Below are positions 48,467 to 61,900 of a stretch of 64,000 nt of DNA, piece by piece. Numbering within the stretch: position 1 is the first letter of the stretch; each line of letters starts with the position of its first letter. The position numbers were made by a program, and so were the translations under genes. The stretch is taken from positions 806,001-870,000 of the forward strand of contig JADEYG010000002.1 in NCBI GenBank assembly GCA_016906335.1. The letters run 5' to 3'. Source of the stretch: Novakomyces olei. Taxonomy: Eukaryota. The notes beneath the pieces were generated by a model. It did not search any database. It had not been told where the DNA came from and saw only the letters and a list, made by a program, of their open reading frames with translations.

Positions 48467-50227
48467 ATGGGCAACACGCCGGGTCGGGAAAAAGAGCCGG
48501 ACTCGACTCCGGTGACCTACTCTCGTGATGACCAAGTAGATGGCGGCTATTTGTTCACCCAAGGCGTGTACAAAGGCCCGCAGGATTTTAAAATGGCGGT
48601 CGTGCGCCGTCTTATTGTAAGCCCAGCACTGATCTTTTGGCCATTCACCTTTGGCCCTTCACCTTTGACATGACTCCCGAGTGAATGCCGTTTCCGTGTT
48701 ACTGCCCTATACTTATCTTTGCAGATTGATCGACGACTACAGCCGTTTTATAAGGGCCTGGATGACTATGATGCGAATTGGACGGATGGCCAGCTTGCCA
48801 CTGCTGTTTTAACCAGCGTTTATCCGGATACGCCAGCGGCTGCGGTCCTTCTAGAGCGGGACGAAGACGGTTCTTCTGCGCTTAAACCGCCAAATGAGAG
48901 CGGCGGCCGTAGTCGGCACTCGAGCTTTGTTGATTACAGCGGCAGTGACAGTACTGTAATGAGGCCACGAGCACAGACAGTAGACTCCTCCGGCTCTGTG
49001 CCACAGGTTTCGTTACGCAAAAAGCTGGTGGACTGGAAACGCTACCGTGGCGCTAAAGAGTGCCCCATCTGTTTTCTGTACTATCCTTCAAATATAAACT
49101 TGTCGCGCTGCTGTCAACAGGATATCTGCACTGAATGCTTTGTCCAGATGAAGCGGACAGATCCTCACGCTCCTACTGTGGCCGCTAATGAGCCCGCGCC
49201 AAGCAGTGTCGACCTTGTCTCGGAGCCTTCTGCTTGCCCGTACTGCATGGAACCCGAGTTTGGTGTGGTTTATACACCGCCTGCTCGACTAAGCGGACTC
49301 GCTCCTACTCACACTCCAAGAGTTAGAACCTCGACGCTTCAGCAACGAGAGCAAATTGAAGAAGAACGAGAGAAAAGGCAACAACAACAGCAGCAGCAGC
49401 AGCAGCAGGAAGCTTCGTCGGCGAGCTTATCGTCTACTCCAGGATCGGGGTTTCTTCCCTCTACTGCAAATGACGGAATGCCGAGTGGACCTCCTATTGC
49501 TCGACGAACTCCGCGTAAGAGTTTTGCTGCTAACGCGCCTGAAGTTGTTACGACGGATATGATCCGTCCGGATTGGCGTGAAAAGCTGCGAAGAGCTCGT
49601 GCTCGTGCGGCCAAAAGAGCTGCTAATTCTGCTCTTTTAAACGCACATTTGTTACAGTCCACAACAACAGGAGCGCCGGTTACGAGTAATCGCAGGAGCA
49701 GCAGCAGCAGCAATAGTAACAGCAACAGCAACATGCACAGCCATTCTGGACGAAGATCGCACGCAGAGAGCCAGCAAAGAGTTCGGGATATTGAAGAGCT
49801 TATGATGATGGAAGCCATACGTCTTAGCTTACTTGACCAAGAGACCTCTGAACCTGGAGAAAGGGCTAGACCCTCTGCCGAGAGCCGGATGGGTCGTGTA
49901 ACAGAACCAGCTGCTGCAGTTTCGCCACGGACTGCAGAAATGAGCAGTTCTCGTCCAAGCTCCTCTTCAAACACTGCTGAAGATCCGACGTTTGCGGCCG
50001 GAGACATTTCATCTAGTGTAAACGAGGCGATGTCTAATGCCATTTCTTCTCCTTCCCCTACTATCGCTCTTACCCCTGCCTCTGCTCCTGCCTCTGCTCC
50101 TTCTCCTCCCCCCGCAGTTGCTCCTACTTCTCCTGCACAGAATGTATCTTCCCGGGGAGCTACAGCGGATAAGCCCCGGATTGGAGTACATGAAGAGGTG
50201 TCGACTACCTCTCCGACAGCTCGCTAA
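48467..50227 (+). CDS. SIP5: Sip5-like zinc-finger protein; one intron
   Basis: MGN N-terminus, VDGGYL..QGVY..PQDF, RRLQPFYKGLDD, ECPICFLYYP..IN.SRCC.Q.ICTECFVQMKR, CPYC, IRPDW and a UIM-like MMMEAIRLSL. Confidence 0.9.
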
Positions 50228-50594
50228 ATGGAGAGGCGCGAAGCGCGAGTTGAAGGCAAGACTAGGGACAGGGGACAGGGGATCGTGCGGGAGCAATTCT
50301 TATGGAATACATGGATTAAAATATGGATGGGCAATTAAAAATGGCAAAAAGCTTTTGGAAGCGAGTCAAGCTTACGCAAAATTGCCCCTTTCTCACAGAG
50401 GTGGTATAAAGGTTCAGTGAGTAGTCAGTCTCTTGCAGACAAAAATGACTTACACATGGCAGGAAGCAAGGTGGGTCTAGATAAAATTTTAAAGAGTGCA
50501 AGCGCGTGTTTCGTAGTACTATGGCGGTTTTTTCGTGGTGGTGGCAAATTGGATTGCCTGCGGTTTATTGACTTTCTTATTTACTATTTCGAGC

Positions 50595-50596
<2 letters not shown>

Positions 50597-50634
<38 letters not shown>

Positions 50635-50742
50635 TCTATATTTTTATTTTTATTTTTATTTTTATTTGTTTATTTGTTTATTTGTTTATTTGTTTATTTG
50701 TTTATTTGTTTATTTGTTTATTTGTTTATTTGTTTATTTGTT
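50597..50742. repeat. Poly(T) run (~33 nt) followed by (TTTTTA)n and (TTTATTTG)n arrays
   Basis: Directly visible. Confidence 0.92.
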
Positions 50743-51296
50743 GGTTTTATATGTTTGTTTATTTTCAGTCTTTTAAGTATATCTCATATTGTTTGTTTCA
50801 TAGTTCAAACTTCCTCCGCCGAGTTTGGTCTCTTTCTCATAAACCTGTTTGCTACTGGTAACGCATCTATTAGTTTATCTGCCTTCTCGAACACGGACAA
50901 GGTCGTGTCGCTGAAATGCAGATAGGATTGATATATAAATGAAAACATTTTGAAAGAAGCTCAACCCATAAAAGAATAAAGTACATTTATCGTAACTTTT
51001 TCCGGACTTTGTAAGCCCGGCAGGTGTCTTAAACTATCCTAAATTTCTTTTTATAGTAACATCTTGGTTTCGTATTACAAATAAACGTTAAAGATACCTC
51101 AAACCCCAGAGATGCATCGCTACTGGAAACAAATAATTTGATAAAATAAAGCATTCCTTATCAAAAGCATTAGTCGCCCAAACAAGCACATTAGCAATAT
51201 ACTGGTTTAAAAGTTTGTTACAATCAGGCGATGGAGTAGAGGCCTGGTCAAAGCCATCATCAACAGAATATTGAATTTGAGCAAATACAATTCTAT

Positions 51297-51323
51297 AACC
51301 CTAACCAACCCTAGCCCTAGCCC
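51297..51323 (+). promoter_or_regulatory. Variant element AACCCTAACCAACCCTAGCCCTAGCCC upstream of GDT1
   Basis: Same 10-bp spacing of AACCCT, extended by two TAGCCC units. Confidence 0.6.
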
Positions 51324-51676
51324 AATCGATGTTTGCTCTTGTGATAGAGAAAATTAATATTCAGACTATTATGAGCAAGATGTCATATAAATAGTGAGAA
51401 TTTTGAGAAAATTATTCTTATACTTTACGACAAAAAGCAAGCAAATGATTGGCCAATCGATATAATGTTACGTGTCCGTATTTTTAGAATAATAAATATA
51501 CGAAACATACAAGAAAGAAAATAGCAGCTGTTAATAGAATAAAATTATATATAAAACGTAAGAAAACGTAGCGTGAATGATCAGCACTAGTACTGGCTCT
51601 GTACACTTGACACCATCGCACAGGCCATCGCGCCCACAAAACTGTTTGGCATGAAATATCTTCAGAGGCAGCGCAA

Positions 51677-52684
51677 ATGACGGACACAAGCTCCGCCCTT
51701 GGCTCAGCATTGAGTGAGGTAAGCAGCTGGTTATTCGTTGCTTTGTCTGCAGTTCAGTCATAACTACCTCAACGTCGATTTCTTTTTGCTCTTGGCTTCC
51801 TACAAATCCTTTCTGTTCTTCGTGTCTCGTCTATCAGGATAAATCTAACATTGTTCTAGTCCTCATTGTCAGAGGCTCAGCAAGCTTACCTCTTCTCGAT
51901 GGCTATGATTCTCATTTCTGAAGTGGGTGACAAGACTTTTCTTATTGCCTGTCTTATGGCAATGAGACACTCTCGTGTAACAGTGTTTGCCGGCGCATTT
52001 TCCTCGCTGGCTATCATGTCGGTTTTGTCCGCCCTAATGGGCCATACGATAATGCACATTATTAGTAAGAATACGACAAGCATCCTGGCCGGCCTGCTTT
52101 TTCTCGTATTTGGAGTAAAAATGTTTCTCGAGGGGTTCGCTATGGAGCACGGAAACGAGGCAGTCAAGGAAGAAATGCAGGAAGTAGAGCATGAAATTGA
52201 GTCACAGAATTTTGAGAAAATGGAGAAGGGACAAGGGCAAGCGCCTGATCTCGAAAGTGGGGAGGGAGTAGATCGGAATGAAGGCGTAGAGTCAAGGATT
52301 AATATACGGGCTTACCTGTCGTCATTTGGAAGCGGCCTTCAAAACCTGGCCTCTCTTGTGCTGAGCCCGGTTTTTGTGCAGGCCTTTGTTCTCACTTTTC
52401 TCGGCGAATGGGGCGATCGCAGCCAGATTGCCACGATTGCCATGGCCGCAGGATCTGATTATTTATGGGTTACACTGGGAACGATTACGGGACATGCTGT
52501 ATGTACTACTGCGGCCGTAATCGGAGGACGTTACATTGCTACTAAAATAAGTGTTCGAAACGTCACGCTTAGCGGGGCAGCACTTTTCGTGCTTTTCGGG
52601 ATTATATGCTTATACGAAGTATGGGCCGGCTCTGGTGAAGCGGATGTGGCTGCCGCTTCGTCCTCTGCTTATTCGTTTGAGTAG
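51677..52684 (+). CDS. GDT1: GDT1/TMEM165 (UPF0016) Ca2+/Mn2+ transporter; intron 51719-51859
   Basis: Two signature motifs, SEVGDKTF and GEWGDRSQ. The start codon is inferred from splicing. Confidence 0.92.
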
Positions 52685-52966
52685 AACCGATTTTTATTGC
52701 ACAAGGTCAACGGGCATTTTATTGATGACTTGCGAAAACACAAATAGACGTTTTTAGACTGGATAGTATGATAATTTGCATTGCACAAGTTCCAAGACTC
52801 GAAAATCAATCAACAAACAAATAATTAAATAATCATTGCTTATTTATCTATTTCGTAAATATTGAAACTTTCTTCTATTAAGCTTCGATTCGTGATATTC
52901 ATGACTAAAACCTGCTATGTACAACCGTCTTCTATAAAATTCCCCTCTTCCCCATCATTTACCATT

Positions 52967-54850
52967 CTAGTCGCTGTCGGAAACGAAATATGCTTCCTTT
53001 CGAGGCGTTCCAGGATCGGAAACATCAATCACCGGCTCTGGCGCCATGATACCATTTTGGATCGCCGCCGGTTTAATATCCACAACAAATCCGGAATCGA
53101 TACCGTTACTTTCAGAATCTTGACTATTTGGAACGGGTAACTTTAGATTATAATTGCGAGATATACTCACTAAATGCTCCCGCCTGGCAAGAACCTCGGG
53201 CTGCATCCATAAAATAGCTCCAAGAATTGATACTTGGGGCAATTGCTTGCGTGGTGCTATGTCAATTTCACCCTTTTTTATATCCCGGTCGATTTGCCAT
53301 AAGCGTGTTGTTAGCAGATCAAACGCATTAGATAGAGTGGCACGGACACGGGGCATATTCCGACTTCCCCGGGAAATATCGTTAGAAGGATCATACGGAT
53401 CCTGAATAGATAGCAGATTTCTCTGTACAGGATGCGACATGCCTTCCTTCGCCTTGACGTAGTATTTTCCTCCGTTTTGCAATGAAATGCCTACTATATC
53501 GTAATTGAAGCATACGCCATAGAGCTCGAAAAACTCTACTAGTAAGACCCCCAAATTTTCTTCCTCCAACACATTATGCGACTGAAGCTGTGGATGCAAT
53601 TGAAGAAAAGATAGAACCATGCACGTTATTGAGTAGCTGCCCAGTCCACCGAGGAAAACTTCGTTGAGACCACGCATACTTAAGAAGTGTTTAATGATTA
53701 AAACCAAAGCTCTGGCGGCCTTGTGCTGAGCAAGCGTCTTGCGAATGTACGAGACAGCTTCTAGCCCGTTTGACCGATTGAAAGAAATATCAAAATCAAT
53801 TAGCGATAACCTTTCTTTGAACTTTATAATAGGTACTCGAGCAGAAGCGATCACCTGCACGGAATTGGGCAGCGAAATTTGGCGTCTCCGTAATTCGGTA
53901 GCCAACTTGTACAGGTCCTGCTTGGAACCTTCGTATTCGTCCGACAAAACTACAATGTCAATATCCGACGTGGGAAGATAAAGCCCTGTATAAAAAGAAC
54001 CGAAAACCCTGACACTTGCACCGGGGAAGGCCGACTCTACGCACCGGCGTACCCGGTCAACCACAAAATCTGTAGCCGCCACTTCTCGCGGAGAAGGTGA
54101 GATGTAGTCGACATAAGATACGATCTCTCGGTGCAAGAGATACGATACTTCGCCGCACAATCCGCTCTCCGGACCAGTAGTAGCCTTTGCCAGCCAGGGC
54201 TGCCATTTGCTGCCAATTCGAGCAAACAAATTCTCCTGCATAAAGTCTAATTGAGCCATTTCCCGAGGATTTATCCTGGGGGCCCCTTTGTCACGAGGAT
54301 TGGGCCAGCTGGATGAAGGAGATTGGCGAGAATTTTGTTTAGCAGCGGCACCCTCCTCTCCTTCAGTGTCATCGCGTTTGCGTTTAAGAGAATGGTGAAA
54401 TATACGACCAACCTGGTTCGTCATCTTTTTCAAAAACTTGGTTTCCCCAGCCGAATTCTGCTTATGCGCAGATTCTGGGTCTGAACTATGCTCATCATCG
54501 CTCGGTGGCGCAAAAGATATATAGTCTGAGCCTAAAGCTGCATTCGCTGTTTGCTCACGGTCTTGTATACGCTTACCTTTCTCCCTCGTTGCTGATTGTT
54601 CCTTGTCGCTCTTCACTTTGCTGTTCGGCGAATGGTTCTTTTTTGGTCTATTTAGAGACTGGCTCTTGCGTTCACCGCCTTTGAAACTAGCTTTTGGCTT
54701 TGCATTTTTGGGCTTGCTGTTAAAGCCAAACATGGACCTTTTGCCTGAGCTTGAAGGACCCATTGCTGTCGATACGTGTATTGTATAATTTGCTCGTTTT
54801 AATGCGCGCTCTTCATTATTGTCTATTTTCAATTTTATCGTATCGCTCAT
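52967..54850 (-). CDS. TRF4: Non-canonical poly(A) polymerase of TRAMP (Trf4/Trf5/Cid14)
   Basis: FGSFYTGLYLPTSDIDIV, ARVPIIKF, DISF, LNEVFLGGLGSY, NLGVLL.EFFELYG and LSIQDP.DPSNDISRGS. Confidence 0.93.
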   Translation of the reverse strand: MSDTIKLKIDNNEERALKRANYTIHVSTAMGPSSSGKRSMFGFNSKPKNAKPKASFKGGERKSQSLNRPKKNHSPNSKVKSDKEQSATREKGKRIQDREQTANAALGSDYISFAPPSDDEHSSDPESAHKQNSAGETKFLKKMTNQVGRIFHHSLKRKRDDTEGEEGAAAKQNSRQSPSSSWPNPRDKGAPRINPREMAQLDFMQENLFARIGSKWQPWLAKATTGPESGLCGEVSYLLHREIVSYVDYISPSPREVAATDFVVDRVRRCVESAFPGASVRVFGSFYTGLYLPTSDIDIVVLSDEYEGSKQDLYKLATELRRRQISLPNSVQVIASARVPIIKFKERLSLIDFDISFNRSNGLEAVSYIRKTLAQHKAARALVLIIKHFLSMRGLNEVFLGGLGSYSITCMVLSFLQLHPQLQSHNVLEEENLGVLLVEFFELYGVCFNYDIVGISLQNGGKYYVKAKEGMSHPVQRNLLSIQDPYDPSNDISRGSRNMPRVRATLSNAFDLLTTRLWQIDRDIKKGEIDIAPRKQLPQVSILGAILWMQPEVLARREHLVSISRNYNLKLPVPNSQDSESNGIDSGFVVDIKPAAIQNGIMAPEPVIDVSDPGTPRKEAYFVSDSD

Positions 54851-54924
54851 TTATTGTATCGTTCGTTTTACGGGAGGGAGGACCTTTGAAAACCGAAAAA
54901 CAGCCGCATGATCTACCATATATT

Positions 54925-54942
54925 AACCCTAACTAACCCTAA
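54925..54942 (+). promoter_or_regulatory. AACCCTAACTAACCCTAA element between divergent TRF4 and CDC37
   Basis: Exact copy. Confidence 0.7.
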
Positions 54943-55140
54943 TGGCCGTCGTGGCTGTCGAAGTAGTGATTCTGTTTATCTCCATTAACAGCGTACTACT
55001 GCATTGTACTAAGCAACGCTGTATGCCGAACATTCGAGCACGAGGCATATGACATCTTTGGGCACAACGCCAACAAACGCCCAGCGTACTCATTCATACT
55101 GCGTCAAGACGGGTAAGTAGTGTCAAGTTTTTACGGACAA

Positions 55141-56796
55141 ATGTCGGCAGTGGACTATTCGAAATGGGACGCGTTAGAGCTCTCAGACGATAGGTACGTT
55201 CTACATACTTCAATAAGCAAACGAGACCTAACCAAACGTTTGCTCTGCTAGTGATATCGAAGTGCATCCGAATATCGACAAACGATCATTCATCCGGTGG
55301 AAGCAGCAAGATATTCATGACCGCCGAGAGGCAGCTAAACGCCGGCTGTCTCAGCTGGAGGAGTCTCATGCAATGAATAGCACGCTGGTGGAGCAGTTAC
55401 AGACACTTATCCACAAACTGCAACAGCCTTCGCCTCAAGAAAGTGGAGCCGCTATAGTTGACGCGTGGCTAAAAGGCATAACCAGCGGAAGTTTGAAGGA
55501 AAAACGTGCCGATGCTAACGGACCTACTTTTGCAGAGATGCTGGTCGCCCTGGCGGGGAAAGTACAAGCGGAAAACGACAGTGGCAACGCTTTGTCCTCT
55601 ACCGCGCTGGCTCAGGCTTTTGAAAAGCATCGATCGAACCTTGTTGCTATACGTGATGGCATTGAGAGGGAACAGCGCGAGTTGGAGCAGCAGCGCCATA
55701 CTAAAATTACTTCAGAGGATATCCATACAGGGTTTGATAGTTCTTTTGTTGCAAGCGGCGGGAAACGTGTCCCGAGCACTAAAACGGCAAACCCAAAAGA
55801 GGACAAAATAACGAATGAAAATATTGGGCAAAAGAAACAAGGTACTGTGATTGAGACTATTCACGAACCCGCTGCCGGTCCATCGCGTGAACGCTCCGGG
55901 TACGAAAGCGACGATAATGAAGGATCCGGTGATGAAGAAGGCACGGTCGAACCGTCCGACGTAGCTCGTGAATTTGCGCGTATCGGGCTGCATGACTATG
56001 AAAAATGTCTTAATTTTCTTTCGCAACATGCTGATGAGCTGCTGGGGAACGAAGAGGAGTCCGACGGGCTTTTGATTGAGGCTTTCCGTTCGCAAATGGA
56101 CGGCAAGCCAGAGTTGGCAAAACAGGCAGTGAGCCGTGCGCGTATTCTACAGTACTGCCGTCAATTAGGCCGAGATGGTGTACGGCTGTTCTTCTCTCGG
56201 TAAGTTGTCATGAAGGACTGCTTTATTGTTTTTTTTTATTTTGTTGTTTTTTTTTAAATTTTATTCTTGCTCTGTTCCTCGTTCTCACTAGAATCTTCAT
56301 TTGTGCTAACAGCTTTGACAGAATCGCCGACCCTAAACAGAGCGCATTCAAGGTGTTTAATGACGATGTGAACACGACTTACCAGCGCATCGAAACTCGG
56401 GCCAAGGAAATCGCGGAAGAAGATGCCCAAAAGAGTGGAAGTGGCCGGGAAGTAGAGCAGATCCAGTTACAGGCAGTGGACCCGGATACACAGATTGTTA
56501 TACGCGTACCCTCGGCCAGTGATGAGCCGGAAGAATGGAAGACCTTTGAGTCTTTCCCGCCGGCCCTTAAGCGTGCCATCGAAAGCAAGAGCCTTGATGC
56601 TATCAATAAAGTTTTAGGAGAGATGGCGGTGGATGAGGCAGAGGAGGTCGTAGGTAAACTAAGCGAGGGCAATATGTTGAGCATTGAATCCGGCATTATT
56701 GATGCCACAAAGGGAGACGTGCCATGGCAAGAACTAGCTCGTCAGCGTGCTCAAGAGGAGGAAGAGGCTGAAGTCCAAATTGATGATATTGACTAG
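55141..56796 (+). CDS. CDC37: Hsp90 kinase co-chaperone Cdc37; two introns
   Basis: VDYSKWDALELSDDSDIEVHPNIDKRSFIRWKQ after splicing, LLIEAF, LQYC and a C-terminal INKVLGEM.V.EAE. Confidence 0.96.
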
Positions 56797-57150
56797 GCGT
56801 TACCCGAATTGCATTATGACATTAATATATGATTCTTTTATGTTTAATCCAGCACTAGGCATCTATAAGTTTAATGAGGATGATATTGCATGCTTGTAAT
56901 GTATTTACGACGGCCCACAATGACATATACTTTCGCAATTTTTGACGTGTATCATGAAACACTTTTTGTTTCAAAAATAATTCAAGATACGCTTGCCATT
57001 CTGGAATGTGAAGGTAATTGCGGCGGCATCGCTGGCACTATACGAAATCAAATTAGACGCAGAAAGGCGCAAACTAGACACATGGCATATCCGCAGCGCT
57101 TTGGCAACAAAGTATGTAAAACGCAAAGTGAAATATAGAAATGATGCATA

Positions 57151-57880
57151 TCACTTTGTTCCACGCATCATGGAAACGAATTCGTTGTAGTTGATGACAC
57201 CATCGCCATCAGAATCGGCTTCCCGGATCATATCATCTACCTCTGCGTCTGAGAGCTTCTCGCCAAGATTAGTCATAACATGACGCAGTTCAGCGGCAGA
57301 GATGTAGCCATTGCCGTCCTTGTCAAAGACTTTGAAGGCTTCTCGGATCTCTTCATCCGTGTCCGTATCCTTCATTTTACGCGCCATCATAGTGAGAAAC
57401 TCGGGGAAATCAATAGTCCCGTTTCCGTCTGCATCGACTTCATTTATCATGTCTTGTAGTTCAGCTTCAGTGGGAGTCTGACCGAGAGACCGCATCACCG
57501 TCCCCAATTCCTTGGTCGTGATAGAGCCATCGCTATCCTGTTCTTGTTAGGCAACCATAAGCTCAGCTGGCAAAGACAGAAACAAAATTGAAGAGCACAA
57601 AAAAGGGCAAGATCAAAATTATGAGCTAAGCTTTAGACAGCTTAAAAGTCTAGTGTTCCTTAACCCGTGCCTCCATACCTTGTCAAACAGCGAAAAAGCC
57701 TCCTTGAACTCTGAAATCTGGTCCTCCGTTAACGAATGATCCGCCTATAAACGCGAAATGTCAGCACTGCCACAACAAACTATGATTTTGTGCCATGAAA
57801 AAAGCAATACGGACATGACGGCACACGATGAATGGACCGCCACGCGTATCGAATTCCGGCCCCGGCTCATGACTCACCAT
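57151..57880 (-). CDS. CMD1: Calmodulin; first coding exon is the ATG alone (intron 57877-57745), plus a second intron
   Basis: ATG|GTGAGT donor; [30 protein letters not shown]; four EF hands ([39 protein letters not shown]). Confidence 0.97.
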
Positions 57881-58926
57881 CGATCGAGTTTTATCTATTT
57901 GCAATACAATGAACAAATTGCAGTGTGCCGAAGGGTAATGGCCGTGGAACAAAAACAAAATACTGTCCTATAATATTATGTATGCAGATTACTCCTTGGT
58001 CTCTGCGTAATACAGCCACTGCGTACGCTACACGTATTCGTCTCTATCCGTATAGTTTTGCGGCTACATTGCTTGTTGTTTACACCATCCAGTCTTCTAA
58101 TATACAGCGCTGTACATTACTTGACAGTTGCAGTGTCTTTGTCCATTAGACTGTCGGTCTATTAGGCTGTTTGGGAGCAGAGGCGAAGGCGGCAGAGACG
58201 GAGGCGGGTAGATTTGCTCGATTTATACTGCGACAGAGTTCGGTATTCTACACTATGTGTATACTGCAATAGTGAATTTTTTGCAAGACAAGGCGAGTAC
58301 GATTATGGTGAGCGCAATATTACACGGTAAGCGTAGGTAGTAGCGCGACGCTATTCAGAGCGATCACACATTGACGTATAACTATACCAATCCAGTCAAA
58401 TCTCCTTTATTCTATTAAATTCAGCTCTCGAGTATTTACGCGTTGCTCGGCTTTCTTGTTGCTTCTACTATGCAATTATTTGACTGTCGAATAGAATTTA
58501 GACGGCAATTTATAAAACATAAAGATTGTGATACAATTCGGTAGCAATAATAATCACAGCTATGGCGTGGAAGCAGCCGTACAGTTATCTGGAATCGCGT
58601 TAAACAAGTAAAACCACAGTAGAGATAAAAAAATAAAAAATAAATAATAAATTTAGCAGTGGGCACGCACGTGAACGGTTCTATTTGCGTACTTATCAGT
58701 CGCTCATATTATTACGCAGTGATATACCGCTTATACCGCAAGTATAACAATAACTAGCGGTTAAAAAATGAAAAAAAAAAAAAAGAAACGAAAGAGGAAA
58801 AAAAACCAAGAAAAAGCAATTTACCAATCAAGAGAGTGCTTATGGCAGAAAGTTTCATATTTAAATAAATAAATAAATAAATCTTCATCCAAAAAATTTA
58901 CCTCTCCCAGATCTTTCTTTGCAAGC

Positions 58927-61900
58927 ATGACCGTCCAAGTAGACGAGCTTGCAGAGCAATTAAGCCGCGTGTGCGCGGCAGACACGAGCGATGCTTCGCT
59001 AGAAACTGCCCGCAAGTTAGCCGAGCAGATCAAATCTCAGCATCGCGCCGGGTTAGATGCTCTTGTTCGTGGCAAGCCGGACGACATTGCCACCACGCTC
59101 GTAAAAGATATAAAGCACAGATCGTCCGGGTACCACCGCGAAGGTGCTCTGATTGCAGTGTATGCGTTGGCGGATATACTTGATGCTCCCTTTGACTGTG
59201 TGGCACTCAAGTTCCCGTCGCCTACAATCTTCAACGCTGTCCTTGACGCTTTCAATGACAAAGGAGCCGTTGTAAAAGACGCGGCTCGTATGGCGCTTAA
59301 GCGTATAGTGGAGATTTGTTCGCCCTATGCGGCGGGCAGATTTGTTGTCAATGCTCTGCTCTCTTACCTCTCAACCTCGGCCAAGTGGCCGTGCAAAGTA
59401 GCCGCCCTTGACACTCTGGCCACTCTGGCCACGAGTGCTCCGGATCAAATTGCCCGTCGGCTAACGGAGATCATCCCCGTTGTCACCGAGTGTATGCACG
59501 ATACGAAGCAGGAAGTCTCGAGTGCAGCAGTGCGGTCTATGACGGAAGTGTGCCAGGTCATTACGAACTTGGATATTATCCCATTTATCCCACAGCTGGT
59601 CAAGTGTATGGAGGACCCAACTACCGTTGCCGCTGCTATGCGCGGCCTTAGCCATGTGACGTTTGTAGCTGAAGTCAATGCTCCCGTACTGGCAGTTATG
59701 ACGCCTCTGCTTGTACGAGCACTGAATGAGCGCTCGCAACAGGTGCAGCGGCAGACTGCCATTGTCGTGGACAATCTGTGCCGCCTTGTACGCAACCCAG
59801 TAGACGCCAAGGCGTTTTTGGGCGTGCTGGTGCCGGGAGTTCGGCGGCTAAAGGAGACCGCCTCTATGCCAGAGATTAGGGCACTCGCCTCCAGAGCTCT
59901 GCAGACTCTGTACGACGTGGGTGCGGAGAGTGTGGCTGCTACTCCAGCAGAATCAGCAGTGACTACGGCTGATGTGCTGAAGTTTTTACAGCAGCATGTG
60001 GACCTGCAGGGCAGTACAGTCGGCCAGCAGTGTGTACATTACTGCTCTGAAATACTGGCGGATATGGCCACTGTCCTTGACTATTCCGAGCGGGAGTGGA
60101 AGCGTACACTCACTGCCTATGCTCAGCCCTGGGCGGCAACAGCCACTGCAGCCACTGAAGACCTTCCCAGTATTGTCTACCATCATTTCCGGGAAGACTA
60201 CCGTCGTCGCTTTAATATTACGGATGAAGATGAGGAGGAGGATACGGGTGAGAAGGTTGTGGATGTCGATTTCTCTCTCGCTTATGGCGGAATGATGCTC
60301 CTGCACCAAACGAATCTCACCCTGAGACGCGGCCGGCGCTACGGACTGTGTGGGCCCAACGGTGCGGGCAAGTCTACACTCATGAGGGCAATTGCTACTG
60401 GCAAAGTCGAAGGCTTCCCCAGTCTGGACGAGGTCAATTGTGTGTACGTTGAGCATACTCTGCAAGGCGAAGAGGGCGATATGCCAGTAGTGGACTTTGT
60501 CGCCAAGGACTTTGTGGGCCGACAGAGCCGGGAGCGTGTACAGCAAGTGCTTGAGCAGGTGGGCTTTGATACAGAGCGCCAGGCTCAGCATGTAGGCTCT
60601 CTTTCCGGAGGATGGAAGATGAAGCTCGAGCTGGCTCGTGCCATGATTGCCAATGTCGATATCCTGCTACTCGACGAGCCTACTAACCATTTGGACGTTG
60701 CCAATGTTAAATGGCTGCAGGACTATTTGAACTCGCAGTCCCATATCACTAGCGTTATTGTTTCCCACGACTCTGGGTTCCTGGATGCTGTCTGCACCGA
60801 TGTTATTCACTATGAGCGCAAGAAACTCAAGTACTACCGCGGCAATTTGTCAGAGTTTGTCAAGGCTAAACCAGAGGCCAAATCGTACTATACACTGTCG
60901 GCGACAAACACGAAATTCTCCTTCCCCAACCCGGGACTGCTGGCGGGCATCAATTCCTCGTCCAAGGCAATTCTGCGTATGCGCGACGTAACTTTTTCCT
61001 ACCCGGGAGCGGCTAAACCAAGCTTAAGCAATGCTACGTGCATCATTACTTTGGCCTCCCGTGTGGGTATTATTGGGGCCAATGGAGCGGGTAAATCTAC
61101 GCTTGTGAAACTGCTCACTGGCGAATTGATCGCGGACACGGGCAAAGTCGAAAAGCACCCTAATTTGCGTATTGGGTACGTTGCCCAGCACTCTTTACAC
61201 CACGTTGAGCAGCACTTGGACCTGACGCCTAACCAGTACATTCAATGGCGATTTCAGCACGGCGAAGATCGGGAAGTTACGGAGAAGGAGTCGCGTAGAA
61301 TGGCCAGCGACGACTTGGATATTGAGGTTGCCTGTCCGGACGGAACGCGTCGGCGTGTAGAGTTTATTGCTGGCCGGCAAAAGTTGAAAAAGTCGTTCCA
61401 GTATGAAGTGAAATGGCGCGACATGATCCCCAAGTTTAACTCGTGGATCTCTCGTGAACGGCTGAATGAGCTAGGGTTAGCTAAGCTTGTACAAAAGTTT
61501 GATGATTTCGAGGCGAGTCGTGAAGGTTTAGGATTCCGTGAACTGTCACCGCCCGAGATTAGAAGGCATTTAGAGGAAGTTGGATTGGACGGAGACATTG
61601 CGGATAACAACGAGATCCGAGGTCTGTCTGGAGGCCAAAAGGTCAAGGTGGTTATTGCTGCTGCGCTATGGGCAAAGCCCCACCTTTTGGTGTTGGATGA
61701 GCCCAGCAATTACCTCGATCGTGATGCCTTGGGCGGACTGGCCGTGGCTATTCGTGACTGGAACGGTGCAGTAGTGATGATTTCTCACAATGAAGAGTTT
61801 TTAACTGCCCTGTGCCCGGAGAGATGGTACGTTGAAAATGGCCGAATCACTTCCAAAGGCCGTTTTGATTTGTCCACTGGTGCTTTTGAAGACGAGACGC

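Noticed and set aside
50417-50925. Phe/Leu/Tyr-rich ORFs resembling membrane peptides
   Set aside because: Translations of poly(T) and (TTTATTTG)n repeats.
51220-51265. C/D box snoRNA on the minus strand next to the AACCCT element
   Set aside because: TGATGA and CTGA are only ~35 nt apart, and I could not identify a terminal stem or an rRNA-complementary guide.
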